Part shown: positions 36,466 through 48,169 of the stretch, in pieces | Layout: each line of letters opens with the position of its first letter | Position numbering within the stretch: position 1 is the first letter of the stretch | Source of the DNA: Leucoraja erinacea | Lineage: Eukaryota | Length of the DNA stretch: 64,000 nucleotides | Assembly: GCF_028641065.1 (NCBI RefSeq) | Contig: NC_073409.1 | Span: forward strand, 20,274,001 to 20,338,000 | Reading direction: 5' to 3' | Position numbers and translations under genes: made by a program | The notes under the pieces: model-generated | Told to the model about the DNA's origin: nothing | What the model saw: the letters and a program-made list of their open reading frames with translations, nothing else | Databases searched by the model: none

Positions 36466-37770
36466 ATGTCGACACAACGCAGAAAACTCTCAAAGAGAAC
36501 TGACCGCGCTTCAACTCCACCAGCGGGGCAGCAACCAGCGGCAGCGTCGCTCTCAGAGTGTTTCGCTATCCCCGAGACCGAGCCAAGCCCAGTCTCGCCA
36601 AAGCCTGCACGGCGGACTGGGAAAGCGGCCAGGAAGTCCAATCGGCCGGTCATCTCCGATTCGTCGGAGGGGGACATGTCTCCACCAAAGCGGAGGAGAG
36701 ACAGCCGCCTGAGCTGCATTCAGCAGCTCCTGGAGGAGATGATCCACCGGGAACAGCAGCGCTCCCGGGGAGAATGGACAGGTACCTCCTCCACAGTGTC
36801 TTGTGCACTGCCCTCTGCTCCCTCATTACTGGAGGCTAGCATTGGTGACCAGGGCAGGGCTGGTCTGGAACAGGGGCAGGCGGACGAACTCGGGAGTATG
36901 CCAGGGGTTCAGGAACATGAAGAGCTGTTGGGTGTGGTGGACCGCTTTGTAGCAACCCCACGGGCTGGAGCACCGCTGGAGCCAAGAATGGCAGCCAGCA
37001 TCAACCACCTATCCAATAAACCGTTACTGGATAAGGTGCTCGCCGAGGTGCTGGAACAACACACAGCACCAGAAAACTGTGAGGCCCTCAAAGTAAAAAG
37101 TGTCAACAGCCAAATCTGGGGGCACGTGGGGGCTCACATCCGGACCCAAGAACTCAAGCTACAGCGAATCCTAAGGCTCCTGACGTCGGCCATCACAGCC
37201 TTTGCTCGTTCCGTGGCGACAACGGAGATGAATACATGCCAGCAGGATGTGCTGGCATTAATGTGTACCACACAATTCAAGATCAACAATCTCCGGAGGG
37301 AAATCATAAGACCTGCCCTCAATCCCAAATTTGCTGGCTTGTGTGAAGCCCCAGCTGCGGAGACGGACGCGCTGCTATTTGGGAAAGGTCTTAATAAAAA
37401 ACTGAAGGAGATGGAGGAAGCATCAAAAACCTTCGGCCTAATGAGGGCGGGCCCCGGGGCGAGCAAACCAAGACCTCCAATACCCAAGCGGCAACACCCC
37501 ACGGCATCCACCAGTCGACGTCCGGAATATGGGACTGGTGAACTGGTCCGCACATTATCCCCAAAGATCTTTTTTAGATCAGGGCCCGCAGCGGACCCCC
37601 TGGAAAATGCGCCTCCCCCCAACATCGCCAGCACGTCATCAGAACAGAACCTTCAGGAAAATGAAGAAACAGAATCGCCAATAACCATGGAGGTAGGTGG
37701 GTCTGGTTCCTACCAGCATATAGAGAATAAGGGTGCTTTACTAACAGGGGGGGAGATTACAATTGTTTAA
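36466..37770 (+). CDS. DIRS ORF1 (gag-like), probably frameshifted near the 3' end
   Basis: First ORF after the left ITR; RREIIRPALN and LLFG motifs like other DIRS gags. Confidence 0.7.
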   Translation: MSTQRRKLSKRTDRASTPPAGQQPAAASLSECFAIPETEPSPVSPKPARRTGKAARKSNRPVISDSSEGDMSPPKRRRDSRLSCIQQLLEEMIHREQQRSRGEWTGTSSTVSCALPSAPSLLEASIGDQGRAGLEQGQADELGSMPGVQEHEELLGVVDRFVATPRAGAPLEPRMAASINHLSNKPLLDKVLAEVLEQHTAPENCEALKVKSVNSQIWGHVGAHIRTQELKLQRILRLLTSAITAFARSVATTEMNTCQQDVLALMCTTQFKINNLRREIIRPALNPKFAGLCEAPAAETDALLFGKGLNKKLKEMEEASKTFGLMRAGPGASKPRPPIPKRQHPTASTSRRPEYGTGELVRTLSPKIFFRSGPAADPLENAPPPNIASTSSEQNLQENEETESPITMEVGGSGSYQHIENKGALLTGGEITIV

Positions 37771-40540
37771 AGAAGCATGGGGTATGGTCACGAGTGACAA
37801 GTATATACTCAACAGCATTAGTGGATATAAAATTCAGTTTATATCAGAAAAAACGCCGCCAGTTCAACATTGGCCCCAAAGGGTATTTTCTCCCTCCGTC
37901 AAAGAACAACGGGAGGGGCAAGCTGAACTGGTGAGACTTATCACAAAGGGGGTCATAGAAAAGACCAAACATGAACCCTTGGAATTTGTATCCAATGTAT
38001 TCACCAAAACCAAAAAAGATGGTGGATGTCGCATCATCATTGACTTAACATCCCTAAACAAGTTTGTTAAGTATATACATTTCAAAATGGGAACATTTGT
38101 TACTGCTAGACAATTGATTTCCAAACGATACTACATGGCAAGCATTGATCTCAAAGATGCTTACTATCTAATACCCATATACAAGGATCATAGCAGATAC
38201 CTAAAATTTATCTGGATGGGGCAGCTGTGGCAGCACAAAGCACTGCCTAATGCGCTCACGTCAGCCCCAAGATTGTTCACAAAAATATTGAAGCCAGCCA
38301 TGGCAATACTAAGGAAACAAAAACATATTGTCATGGCATATTTGGATGATATCCTCATAGTGGGGAAAACAATGGAACTGGCTGTGGCAGCAGTCTCAGC
38401 TACAAAACAGCTCCTTGAAACTCTGGGGTTCGACCTACATCCAGATAAATCTAAGTTAAATCCATCCACTATATGGACTACCTGGGTTTCACAATTAACT
38501 CAGTCCATATGACTGTTATCCTGCCAAGGGAAAAAATGATTGGATTAGCACAATCATGCAATAATTTAATGATCAACAATAGACCAACTATTTGACAAGT
38601 AGCAACAGTGATTGGTAAAATGGTAGCAGCATTTCCGGCTACACAATTTGGACCTTTGCACTATCAAAATTTACAAAGAGCAAAGGTACAGGCACTAAAA
38701 CAACATAGAGGTCACTATGATCGTGTCATGATATTACCCACGGAAGCAATATCAGAGCTACAGTGGTGGACACAAAATGTTTGGCATAGTTTTAGTCCTA
38801 TTATCATCACTAACCCTACTTTAGTTCTTCAGACAGATGCTAGTGCTCAAGGCTGGGGAGCAACTAACTCCATATCCAGCACAGGTGGTAGATGGACTAA
38901 CCCAGAGTCATCATTACTATCTACACTGGGCATTAACTATTTAGAAATGTTGGGCGCCTTTTATGGTTTAAAAGCATATGCATCCAATATGCAGCAGTTG
39001 CATATGAGGCTCGCACCAGGGTCTCTTCCATACCCCGCAACACTGCTCTCTCTCCCCATCCCCGCACTCGCAACAAGGGCCGAGTCCCCCTAGTCCTCAC
39101 CTTTCACCCCACCAGCCGTCACATACAAAAAATAATCCTCCGTCAGTTTCGCCACCTCCAACGTGACCCCACTACTCGCCACATCTTCCCATCTCCCCCC
39201 ATATCTGCCTTCCGCAAAGACCGCTCCCTCCATAACTCCCTTGTCAATTCTTCCCTTCCCTCTCGGTCCACCCCCTCCCCGGGCACTTTCCCTTGCGGCC
39301 GCAGGAGATGCAACACTTGTCCCTTTGCCTCCCCCCTCGACTCCGTTCAAGGACCCAAGCAGTCGTTCCAGGTGCGACAGAGGTTTACCTGCATCTCTTC
39401 CAACGTCATCTATTGCGTCCGCTGCTCTAGATGCCAGCAGATCTATATCGGTGAGACCAAGCGGAGGTTGGGCGATCGTTTCGCCGAACACCTCCGCTCG
39501 GTCCGCAATAACCAAGCTGACCTCCCGGTGGCTCAGCACTTCAACTCCCCCTCCCACTCCGCCTCCGACCTCTCTGTCCTGGGTCTCCTCCATGGCCACA
39601 GCGAGCAGCACCGGAAATTGGAGGAACAGCACCTCATATTCCGTTTGGGGAGTCTACACCCCCGGGGCATGAACATCGAATTCTCCCAATTCTGTTAGTC
39701 CTTGCTGTCTCCTCCCCTTCCTCAGCTCCCCTGCTGTCTCCTCCCACCCTCCAGCCTTCTGGCTACTCCTCCTTTTCCCTTTCTTGTCCCCACCCACCCC
39801 CACCCCCGATCAGTCTGAAGAAGGGTTTCGGCCCGAAACGTTGCCTATTTCCTTCGCTCCATAGATGCTGCTGCACCCGCTGAGTTTCTCCAGCTTTTCT
39901 GTGTAACCTGCAGCACTTGCATGTTCGGTTACAAATTGATATTACTACGGTGGTGGCTTATATTAACCATATGGGCGGCATAAAATCTTTATCATGCGAC
40001 AAATTGGTCAATATGATTTGGCAATGGTGTGTCGAAAGACATATTTGACTTTCAGCTACCTATCTACCAGGTAAGCTAAACACTGTGGCAGACACCAGGT
40101 CACGCAAATTCAATGATAACATCGAATGGATGTTAAACCCACAAGTATTTGCTAAAGTTATCAAGCAATATGGAACGCCAGATATCGAATTATTTGCATC
40201 AAAACTAAATCACCAGTTACCTATGTATGTCGCTTGTGAACCAGACCCAGAGGCAGCAGCGGTAGATGCCTTCACGCTGGATTGGGGAAAGTTATTTTTC
40301 TGTGCCTTTCCCCCCTTCTGCCTCATCGGTCGGGTACTTCGCAAAATACAGATGGACTCTGCTTCTGGTACTTTGAAGGTGCCCGACTGGCCTACGCAGC
40401 CATGGTTCCCAGTACTACATGACATGGTGGTAGAATCACCTATGGTGTTTCCCAGTGATCCAGGACTATTAACTCACCCAGTATCAGGCATAAGCCACCC
40501 ATGCCATGAAGACATTAAACTCCTGGGTTGCAGGTTCTGA
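37763..40540 (+). pseudogene. DIRS RT / RNase H / methyltransferase-like ORF, disrupted
   Basis: IDLKDAY, AYLDDIL (RT); QTDAS, INYLEM (RNase H); DIELFAS...AFPPF (MT-like); frameshift, stops and a Penelope insertion. Confidence 0.88.
39004..39908 (+). mobile_element. Penelope-like element 3' part (GIY-YIG endonuclease plus tail) nested in DIRS
   Basis: VIYCVRC...IYIGET...GMN motif; about 14-bp TSD TGCAGCA(G/C)TTGCAT at 38990 and 39909. Confidence 0.88.
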
Positions 40541-41511
40541 ACAGACCTTACCTGGACCTGGGATTATCCGAACAAACCATCACCACCATGTCAGCATCCC
40601 TGCGAACATCCACCAAGAGGCAGTACTTAACCAGCAGCAAAAAATGGGAAAAGTACTGCCAGGAAACAGGGACAACATATGAAACAGCCACAGTCACCAA
40701 CGTATTGGAGTTCCTGGCCTATCTACACCATCATGAAGGGATCAGCTACAGTGCCATCAACACGGCACGTAGTGCTCTTTCCGCTTACCTCAAACCAGCA
40801 GGACATCAGGCTATGGGATCCCATCCACTGGTGGTAAAACTGATGAGGGGCATTTACAATATTAAGCCCCCCAAGCCAAGGTATACCCATATTTGGGACA
40901 TCAGTGTCGTCCTGACATACCTCCGGGAATGGCCACCAGCTAGATCCCTCAGCCTCGAGCAATCAACACTGACGACGCTCATGCTGATGGCACTCGTATC
41001 CGCTCAGAGGGTCCAGTCACTACACAAATTGAGACTGGACAACATGGAGACAACCCCAGATCAGATCACATTCATTCTACAAGGTCTGGTGAAACAAAGC
41101 AGGCCAGGAACATCCAATCCACTAGTGGTATTCCGGGCCTACCCACCAGAGCCACGATTGTGTGTAGTGACCCATCTACTACAATATATAGACACAAACC
41201 ACAACATCAGAGGGAGTGAACAAGCCTTATGGGTCAGCCACAAAAAATCTCATGGCCGGGTAACAAGCCAAACCATCTCAAGATGGCTAAAACAGGTATT
41301 GAAAGCTGCCGGGATAGATATTAATACCATTAAATCCCATTCCACTAGGGCAGCGTCCACATCAACGGCAGCAAGAATGGATGTACCTATTGACCTCATT
41401 CTGAATACAGCAGGATGGTCGAGGGAATCAACATTCAGAACATTTTATAATAAGCCGTTGATGAAACCTGATTTATTTGCAGCAAAGATATTAGAGGCTG
41501 CAAATATTTAA
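40528..41511 (+). CDS. DIRS tyrosine recombinase
   Basis: Open 327-aa frame with SAQRVQ (R), HSTR (HxxR), AGW and terminal FRTFY (catalytic Tyr); true start uncertain. Confidence 0.85.
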   Translation: MQVLNRPYLDLGLSEQTITTMSASLRTSTKRQYLTSSKKWEKYCQETGTTYETATVTNVLEFLAYLHHHEGISYSAINTARSALSAYLKPAGHQAMGSHPLVVKLMRGIYNIKPPKPRYTHIWDISVVLTYLREWPPARSLSLEQSTLTTLMLMALVSAQRVQSLHKLRLDNMETTPDQITFILQGLVKQSRPGTSNPLVVFRAYPPEPRLCVVTHLLQYIDTNHNIRGSEQALWVSHKKSHGRVTSQTISRWLKQVLKAAGIDINTIKSHSTRAASTSTAARMDVPIDLILNTAGWSRESTFRTFYNKPLMKPDLFAAKILEAANI

Positions 41512-42229
41512 TTTAAGCCCGGGGGAGCAATTTATTTTGTTATTGTTAATAAATACTTTTTTGTTTTCTTGAAAAACAGATTCATTGGTTAATTACGATA
41601 ACACTTCCTCCCTCAAGAACTTTGGCAGTGAGTGAATAAAACTGTTACACGGTTTGAAATCACAGAGCTTTGAAATCTTCACGTAGTCACTCACGTGACT
41701 CCGAAGTAAAATAGTAAGATTAAACGAGAACTTACCAGTTTGAAGTTTGATCTGTATTTTATGAGGAGTTACGATGAGGGATTACGTGCCCTCCGCTCCC
41801 ACCCTCATTATATGGATCAAACTGATAAATTGATGTCTCTTTTTCTTTACTATGTTACTTCAAATACTTGTGTCTATCCGTGATTCCACACCGCTGCTTG
41901 GAAGTATGCCGCGCCTGCGCACTGAGCGGGTTCTTCACGTAATCCCTCATCGTAACTCCTCATAAAATACAGATCAAACTTCAAACTGGTAAGTTCTCGT
42001 TTAATCTTACTATTAGCAATGATAGAATGGTGGAGTAGATTTGATGGGCTGAATGGCCTAATTCTGCCCCAATAATTTATGAACATGTAATCTATCCCTG
42101 AAGTGATGAGTTACCTCTCTGAGGCACTCCAGCACTTTGTGTCTTTATTCTCCTTTTGCCAATGTTTGTCACTTACCAACATTTCTGGTCAATTCTAACA
42201 CAGGATCAGTGTGATCATCTTTCCTCAAC

Positions 42230-43843
42230 ATGGGTGGTCTTGGATGGAGAAGCAGATTAAATGTCATATTTATTCTCGGCATCATCTTCGCCCTGTCTTG
42301 TCCAATTACCCAAGCAGCTAGAATATTGGTCGTGCCTGCTGATGGAAGTCACTGGATCAACATGAAAATTCTAATGGAAGAGCTGCACCTTCGTGGCCAC
42401 AACATGACTGTGCTTTGTTACTCCGCTAACTGGTACATCAAAGAGAGACCCGATCTGTATGAAACCATCTTAGTTCAAGCACAAGAAAACATTGAAGCAC
42501 CTTCAAGGAAAGAAGCGATGGAAACATTTGTGCAAATGTCACTGGACAGGTTACAGAATGGTCACACACCATGGGGCAACATAATGTTACAAATTCAAAT
42601 GCTTATGTTTCTGTACAATTACCATAGAATTTATCAAAATTTCAACATGGCGATTTTTGAAAACAAAACCTTGTTGAATCAATTTGAAAATGCAAACTTT
42701 GACCTAATTCTCGCAGATCCTCTATTTGGTACTGGGCCAATGCTTGCGTATTATTTAAAAGTGCCGCTGGTGTACAACATACGATGGCCGATCAATGGGG
42801 AAGCCCATTTTCTCACTGCCCCGTCACCACTTTCCTACGTCCCACTTACTGGCTCACTTCTCACAGACAAAATGGATTTTCTCCAAAGAACAAAAAATGT
42901 AATTCACAGTCTCTATGAACACTTGATTTCTGAGTTTTTGATGTATCCACTTTATAATGAAATCTGCCATCGGTATCTGGGACCAGACACGGACATCAAG
43001 TCGATTCTCCTCAGAGCTGATGTGTGGCTGATGAGGGTGGATTTTGTGTTTGAATTCCCAAGACCCACCATGCCAAACATTGTGTACATCGGAGGCTTCC
43101 AGTGTAAACCAGCACGGCCTCTGGAAGCAGAGTTTGAGGAGTTTGCCCAAAGCTCAGGGAAACATGGACTTGTTGTAATGTCATTGGGTTCCATTGTCGA
43201 CTCTTTACCAATGGAGATTGCAATGAAAATAGCAGAAGCTTTATCTCAAATCCCCCAGAAGGTTATCTGGAGATATGATGGTGAGACCCCTCCCAATATA
43301 GGGAATAATACACTGCTGGCAAAATGGATCCCTCAGAACGACCTGCTGGGTCACCCCAACACACGAGCCTTTGTTTCACACGGAGGCACCAATGGGATTT
43401 ATGAAGCCATCTACCATGGGGTGCCAGTGATCGGCATGCCTCTGTTTTTTGACCAGTTTGACAATTTAATTAGACTCGAATCCCGAGGAGCTGCAAAAGT
43501 GATCAACATTGCAACCATGCATTCCACAGATCTGTTGCAGGCACTCAACGAGGTGTTAAACGGCGCATCTTATGGGGACAACATGAAGAGACTCTCCGCT
43601 CTCCATCGGGACCAGCTAGAGTTGCCAATGGAGAGAGCCGTTTTCTGGGTCGAGTACGTTGCCCGACACAAAGGAGCGGGGCATTTGCGCTCAGAATCCC
43701 ACCGACTCCCCTGGTACGCTTACTATTGTGTAGATGTGATGATCTTTCTGTTGTCTGTGTTACTCCTGCTCACTGTGTTGGTGGTTGGAACACTGAAGAA
43801 ACTTTGTCGCATTGTTTGTAGGAAAAAGCAAAAAATTCATTAA
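42230..43843 (+). CDS. UDP-glucuronosyltransferase, single coding exon (UGT5-like), copy A2, 537 aa
   Basis: Intact ORF, about 93% aa identical to A1 by hand alignment, same motifs; acceptor ...taacacAG at 42203. Confidence 0.96.
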   Translation: MGGLGWRSRLNVIFILGIIFALSCPITQAARILVVPADGSHWINMKILMEELHLRGHNMTVLCYSANWYIKERPDLYETILVQAQENIEAPSRKEAMETFVQMSLDRLQNGHTPWGNIMLQIQMLMFLYNYHRIYQNFNMAIFENKTLLNQFENANFDLILADPLFGTGPMLAYYLKVPLVYNIRWPINGEAHFLTAPSPLSYVPLTGSLLTDKMDFLQRTKNVIHSLYEHLISEFLMYPLYNEICHRYLGPDTDIKSILLRADVWLMRVDFVFEFPRPTMPNIVYIGGFQCKPARPLEAEFEEFAQSSGKHGLVVMSLGSIVDSLPMEIAMKIAEALSQIPQKVIWRYDGETPPNIGNNTLLAKWIPQNDLLGHPNTRAFVSHGGTNGIYEAIYHGVPVIGMPLFFDQFDNLIRLESRGAAKVINIATMHSTDLLQALNEVLNGASYGDNMKRLSALHRDQLELPMERAVFWVEYVARHKGAGHLRSESHRLPWYAYYCVDVMIFLLSVLLLLTVLVVGTLKKLCRIVCRKKQKIH

Positions 43844-46372
43844 GTTTTATCCTTTAGAATTGGGAGAATGTCTTTTGATTTTTTGCAATTTACTTGTTTG
43901 TAACACTTTTTTAATCCGTTTCTCCGACACCCCATCTAACGATTCTCATGCAACCCTTTACAGCATTTGTGAATTTTAATAATGTATATTCAGAAATTAT
44001 AACTGATATTTACTGAATGTAGTTTCCACCGTCAACCAACTGTACATGAATTAAATGTGACAAAATTGACATGTTTTTGAAATAGTCTTCAAATAAAACC
44101 TAGAGAACAGTTCACACGTGTCAAGAACCTGTATTGAGAGTCATAGTTCCCAATTCCCACAATCATACTGTCTATTGGTACACATGTTCACCACATTGTT
44201 TCTCAGTTTTAATATTTGATTTCTCCATCATTGGATTTGCCTTCCATGTCTTGTCATGTTGAAATGCCATGTTGTTTCTTTCATGAACTTTGTTCTGCAC
44301 ATTTTCCCAACTATGACTGATGCCTGGTGGCAGCTGAACCAGTGGGAGAGTCGAGGACCAGAGGCCTCAGCCTCAGAATAAAAGGACATACCTTTAGAAC
44401 GGAGATGAGGAGCAATTTCTTTAGTGCGACGGGGCGATTCTGTGGAATTCATCGCTACAGATGGCTGTGGAGGCCAAGTCAATGGGTATATTTTCAGGTG
44501 GAGATTGACAGATTCTTGATTACTGTGGATGCCAGGGGTTATGGGGAGAAGGTAGTAGAATGGAGTTGAGAGGGAAGCCATGATCAGCCATGATTGAATG
44601 GCGTGAACTTGAAGGACCAAATCGCCTAATTCTGCTCCTACAACTTATCAACTTACAAAGACTCACTTGGAAATATGCTGCTGATCATTCATAATTGTTG
44701 GGTCTAATAACTAGAACTTATTTCTGAACAGCATTGGCAGAAGCAAGTCCAAGGGGCTGCTCTCCAATCAGTGTTAAGGGAGATCAAGAAATAAAATGAG
44801 GAGCTAAATGTTAGCACTGCTTGCAGGAAATTTGACTGAAGATGTTGCAGGAACATATGAGCCTGAATTATTACTGAGTAAATGAGATTCCAGTTGATGT
44901 GAAGGCCAGGCAAAACATTGTTTGTAAGGAAGATAGACACAAAAAAACTGGAGTAACTTAACGGGTCAGGCAACATATATGGAGAAAAGGAATAGGTGAC
45001 ATTTCGGGTCGATAGGCTTCTTCAGTCTGAAGAAGGGTCTGGACCTGAAACAACACCTATTCACTCTCATCTGAGATACTGCCTGTCCCGCTGACTTACT
45101 CCAGCTTTTTGTGTCTATCTTCTGACTGAGAATCAGAGAAGAGGGAACCGACAGATATGAAAAGGTACATAGAACAAATGAATGAGAGATATGCAAAAAG
45201 ATAGATCAAAGCCAGCAACGACAATCAACGAAAGGTTGAACCCACAATGGTGCATTTTTGGCTGTGGGGAAAGTGATAATGAATAATGCAGCCCCATATG
45301 AAGCTTTTCAAAAAGGGTGGTGGCATGACAGGATTACAAAAAATGTATGCGAAATAACGTGCGCGTAGCGCACATCACGAGCGCGAAGTGCGCCCGGCCG
45401 AGGTCCCCCACCCACACGACGAGAGGAAGATGGAAGAGTCCAACAGATTAACACCGATGTGCAGTTGAGCGTGGCCAATGAGATAAGGGCTGGAAAGCTG
45501 CGCTTTTTCTTTATTGCCAGTGCTAATGTTGAGTTATCGGCTTAAAACACTATTATTCTGAAATGGAGGGCAAGGAAAATTACTGAAGTGTTGTTTAGAC
45601 ACTACAGTGCATTGCGACAGCATATGTAAGAAAGGCCTATGACAGTGTCAAAAATATTATACACCAAGTCCGTACAAAGCTTTTCAAAAAGTGAAAAGGC
45701 ATGGCAGGGTTACAAAGGTTTTATGTGAAATAAGTGCACGCAGCGCATATCACAAGCGCAAAGCTCAAAGACCCTTGCAGCATGGGGCAAGTGCCTGCTT
45801 AAGGGGCTTGGAAGCTCTGGGGTTTGAGATGCTCTCTGGTGCATTCTGAGCCTTATTTCGGAGCATTTTTGCACCAAAGTTATGATCAATATTTCAGAAG
45901 TAATTCTGGTTTAGTCAAGAGTGATGAGTGGGTGGAATGGGATGATTGGGGTCATTGTTGTATACATATTTTTAAATCAAAAATTGTAGTTTACTTTGTC
46001 TTTTTGCTCGTGCTGCGAGTGACGCCGTTCCCCGTTCTCCCCCCACCCCCCCTGCTCCCCACTCCTCCCTCCTTTACCTCCCTCCCTCCTCTCCCCATCT
46101 CCTCTTCCCCCCTCTCTCTCTCGCCCCCCTCCCCTCCCCCCCCCCTCTCCCCCCAGTTTCTTCCCACACTCCAAAGACGTAGGGTTTATTGGCTTGGTAT
46201 AATTGTAAATTTTCTGTCGTGAGTGTGGGATAGTGGTAGTGTGGAGGTGGTCCGCGTGGACTTGGTGGGCCAAAGGGCCTAATTCAACGAGATACAGCGC
46301 GCAGAAACAGGTCCTTCGGCCCACTGAGTCTGCGCCGACCAGTGATTACCCCGTGCACTAGCACTATCCTAG

Positions 46373-48090
46373 TACTTCTGAGTCACGCGAGTGACTACGT
46401 GAAGAAGGGCCGTCCGTCTACGTGCGCGTCATTACGTCTGAACGCAAGGCGCGCGATGGACTGGCAGGGGCACTGTGTCCCTCCCTCATAAAATGAAAAG
46501 GGGCACTTTTCTTATAGAATTTTTCGAGGATGTAACTAGTAGCGTTGATAGGGGAGAACCAGTGGATGTGGTGTATCTGGACTTCCAGAAGGCTTTCGAC
46601 AAGGTCCCACATAAGAGATTAGTATACAAACTTAAAGCACATGGCATTGGGGGTTCAGTATTAATGTGGATAGAGAACTGGCTGGCAAACAGGAAGCAAA
46701 GAGTAGGAGTAAACGGGTCCTTTTCACAATGGCAGGCAGTGACTAGTGGGGTACCGCAAGGCTCAGTACTGGGACCCCAGCTATTTACAATATATATTAA
46801 TGATCTGGATGAGGGAATTGAAGGCAATATCTCCAAGTTTGCGGATGACACTAAGCTGGGGGGCAGTGTTAGGTGTGAGGAGGATGCTAGGAGACTGCAA
46901 GGTGACTTGGATAGGCTGGGTGAGTGGGCAAATGTTTGGCAGATGCAGTATAATGTGGATAAATGTCAGGTTATCCATTTTGGTGGCAAAAACGGGAAAG
47001 CAGATTATTATCTAAATGGTGGCCGATTGGGAAAGGGGGAGATACAGCGAGACCTGGGTGTCATGGTACACCAGTCATTGAAGGTAGGCATGCAGGTGCA
47101 GCAGGCAGTAAAGAAAGCAAATGGTATGTTGGCTTTCATAGCAAGAGGATTTGAGTATAGGAGCAGGGAGGTTCTACTGCAGTTGTACAGGGTCTTGGTG
47201 AGACCACACCTGGAGTATTGCGTGCAGTTTTGGTCTCCAAATCTGAGGAAGGACATTATTGCCATAGAGGGAGTGCAGAGAAGGTTCACTAGACTGATTC
47301 CTGGGATGTCAGGACTGTCTTATGAAGAAAGACTGGATAGACTTGGTTTATACTCTTTAGAATTTAGGAGATTGAGAGGGGATCTTATAGAAACTTACAA
47401 AATTCTTAAGGGGTTGGACAGGCTAGATGCAGGAAGATTGTTCCCGATGTTGGGGAAGTCCAGGACAAGGGGTCACAGCTTAAGGATAAGGGGGAAATCC
47501 TTTAGAACCGAGATGAGGAGAACTTTTTTCACACAGAGAGTGGTGAATCTCTGGAATTCTCTGCCACAGAGGGTAGTTGAGGCCATTTCATTGGCTATAT
47601 TTAAGAGGGAGTTAGATGTGGCCCTTGTGGCCAAGGGGATCAGAGGGTATGGAGAGAAGGCAGGTAGGGGATACCGAGTTGGATGATCAGCCATGATCAT
47701 ATTGAATGGCGGTGCAGGCTCGAAGGGCCGAATGGCCTACTCCTGCACCTAATTTCTATGTTTCTATGTTTCTATGTCCTCCGAGCCGTCGGGATGCGGC
47801 AGGTATGGAAAGTTGAACTACTTACCTGCGTCCTTTCGGGCCTGAAGCTTTTTGTAGTTTCAGGGCCCAGATGTCGAGGAGACGGTCCGCGGGGAAGTCC
47901 AGTAGCGGGCGACGGTCTTGTTCCCGACATTAGCGCCGGCAGAACTGGCAGGAGAAGACTTGGTGCAGGAGGAGGAGCTCCGTTGGTGGTCCTGAGGGAC
48001 GTAATACCACCCGCAAGTCTAAACAAACCCGTTGACTCGGATGAGTCCGGGGAAGAGGGATACCCTCTCTCAATGGAGAGCGTTTGAGGA
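46373..48090 (+). mobile_element. 5' end of a second, divergent DIRS element interrupted by CR1
   Basis: TACTTCTGAGTCACGCGAGTGACTACGTGAAGAA nearly matches the left terminus at 36273; after the CR1 comes a gag-like start ATGTCG and NKPVDSDESGE (compare NRPVISDSSEG). Confidence 0.6.
46511..47776 (+). mobile_element. Young 5'-truncated CR1 LINE with open RT frame
   Basis: Uninterrupted RT C-terminal ORF (46475-47686); (TTTCTATG)3 tail. Confidence 0.92.
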
Positions 48091-48169
48091 CAACATGTCT
48101 CCCACATGAAGCAACTTTTGGAGCCTGTTCACTCCAACCATGACCTGCTTAAGTATGTAAGGAGGGAGC

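Larger units (their letters stand above)
36269..42014 (+). mobile_element. Full-length DIRS (tyrosine recombinase) retrotransposon
   Basis: ITRs (about 36298-36331 / 41907-41939), internal complementary region 41676-41787 matching both termini, ATT at both ends, gag-RT/RH-MT-YR ORF order. Confidence 0.95.

Noticed and set aside
40085-41511. Methyltransferase-like and integrase ORFs as a phage or bacterial insert
   Set aside because: Both are standard DIRS components and lie within the ITR/ICR-bounded element.
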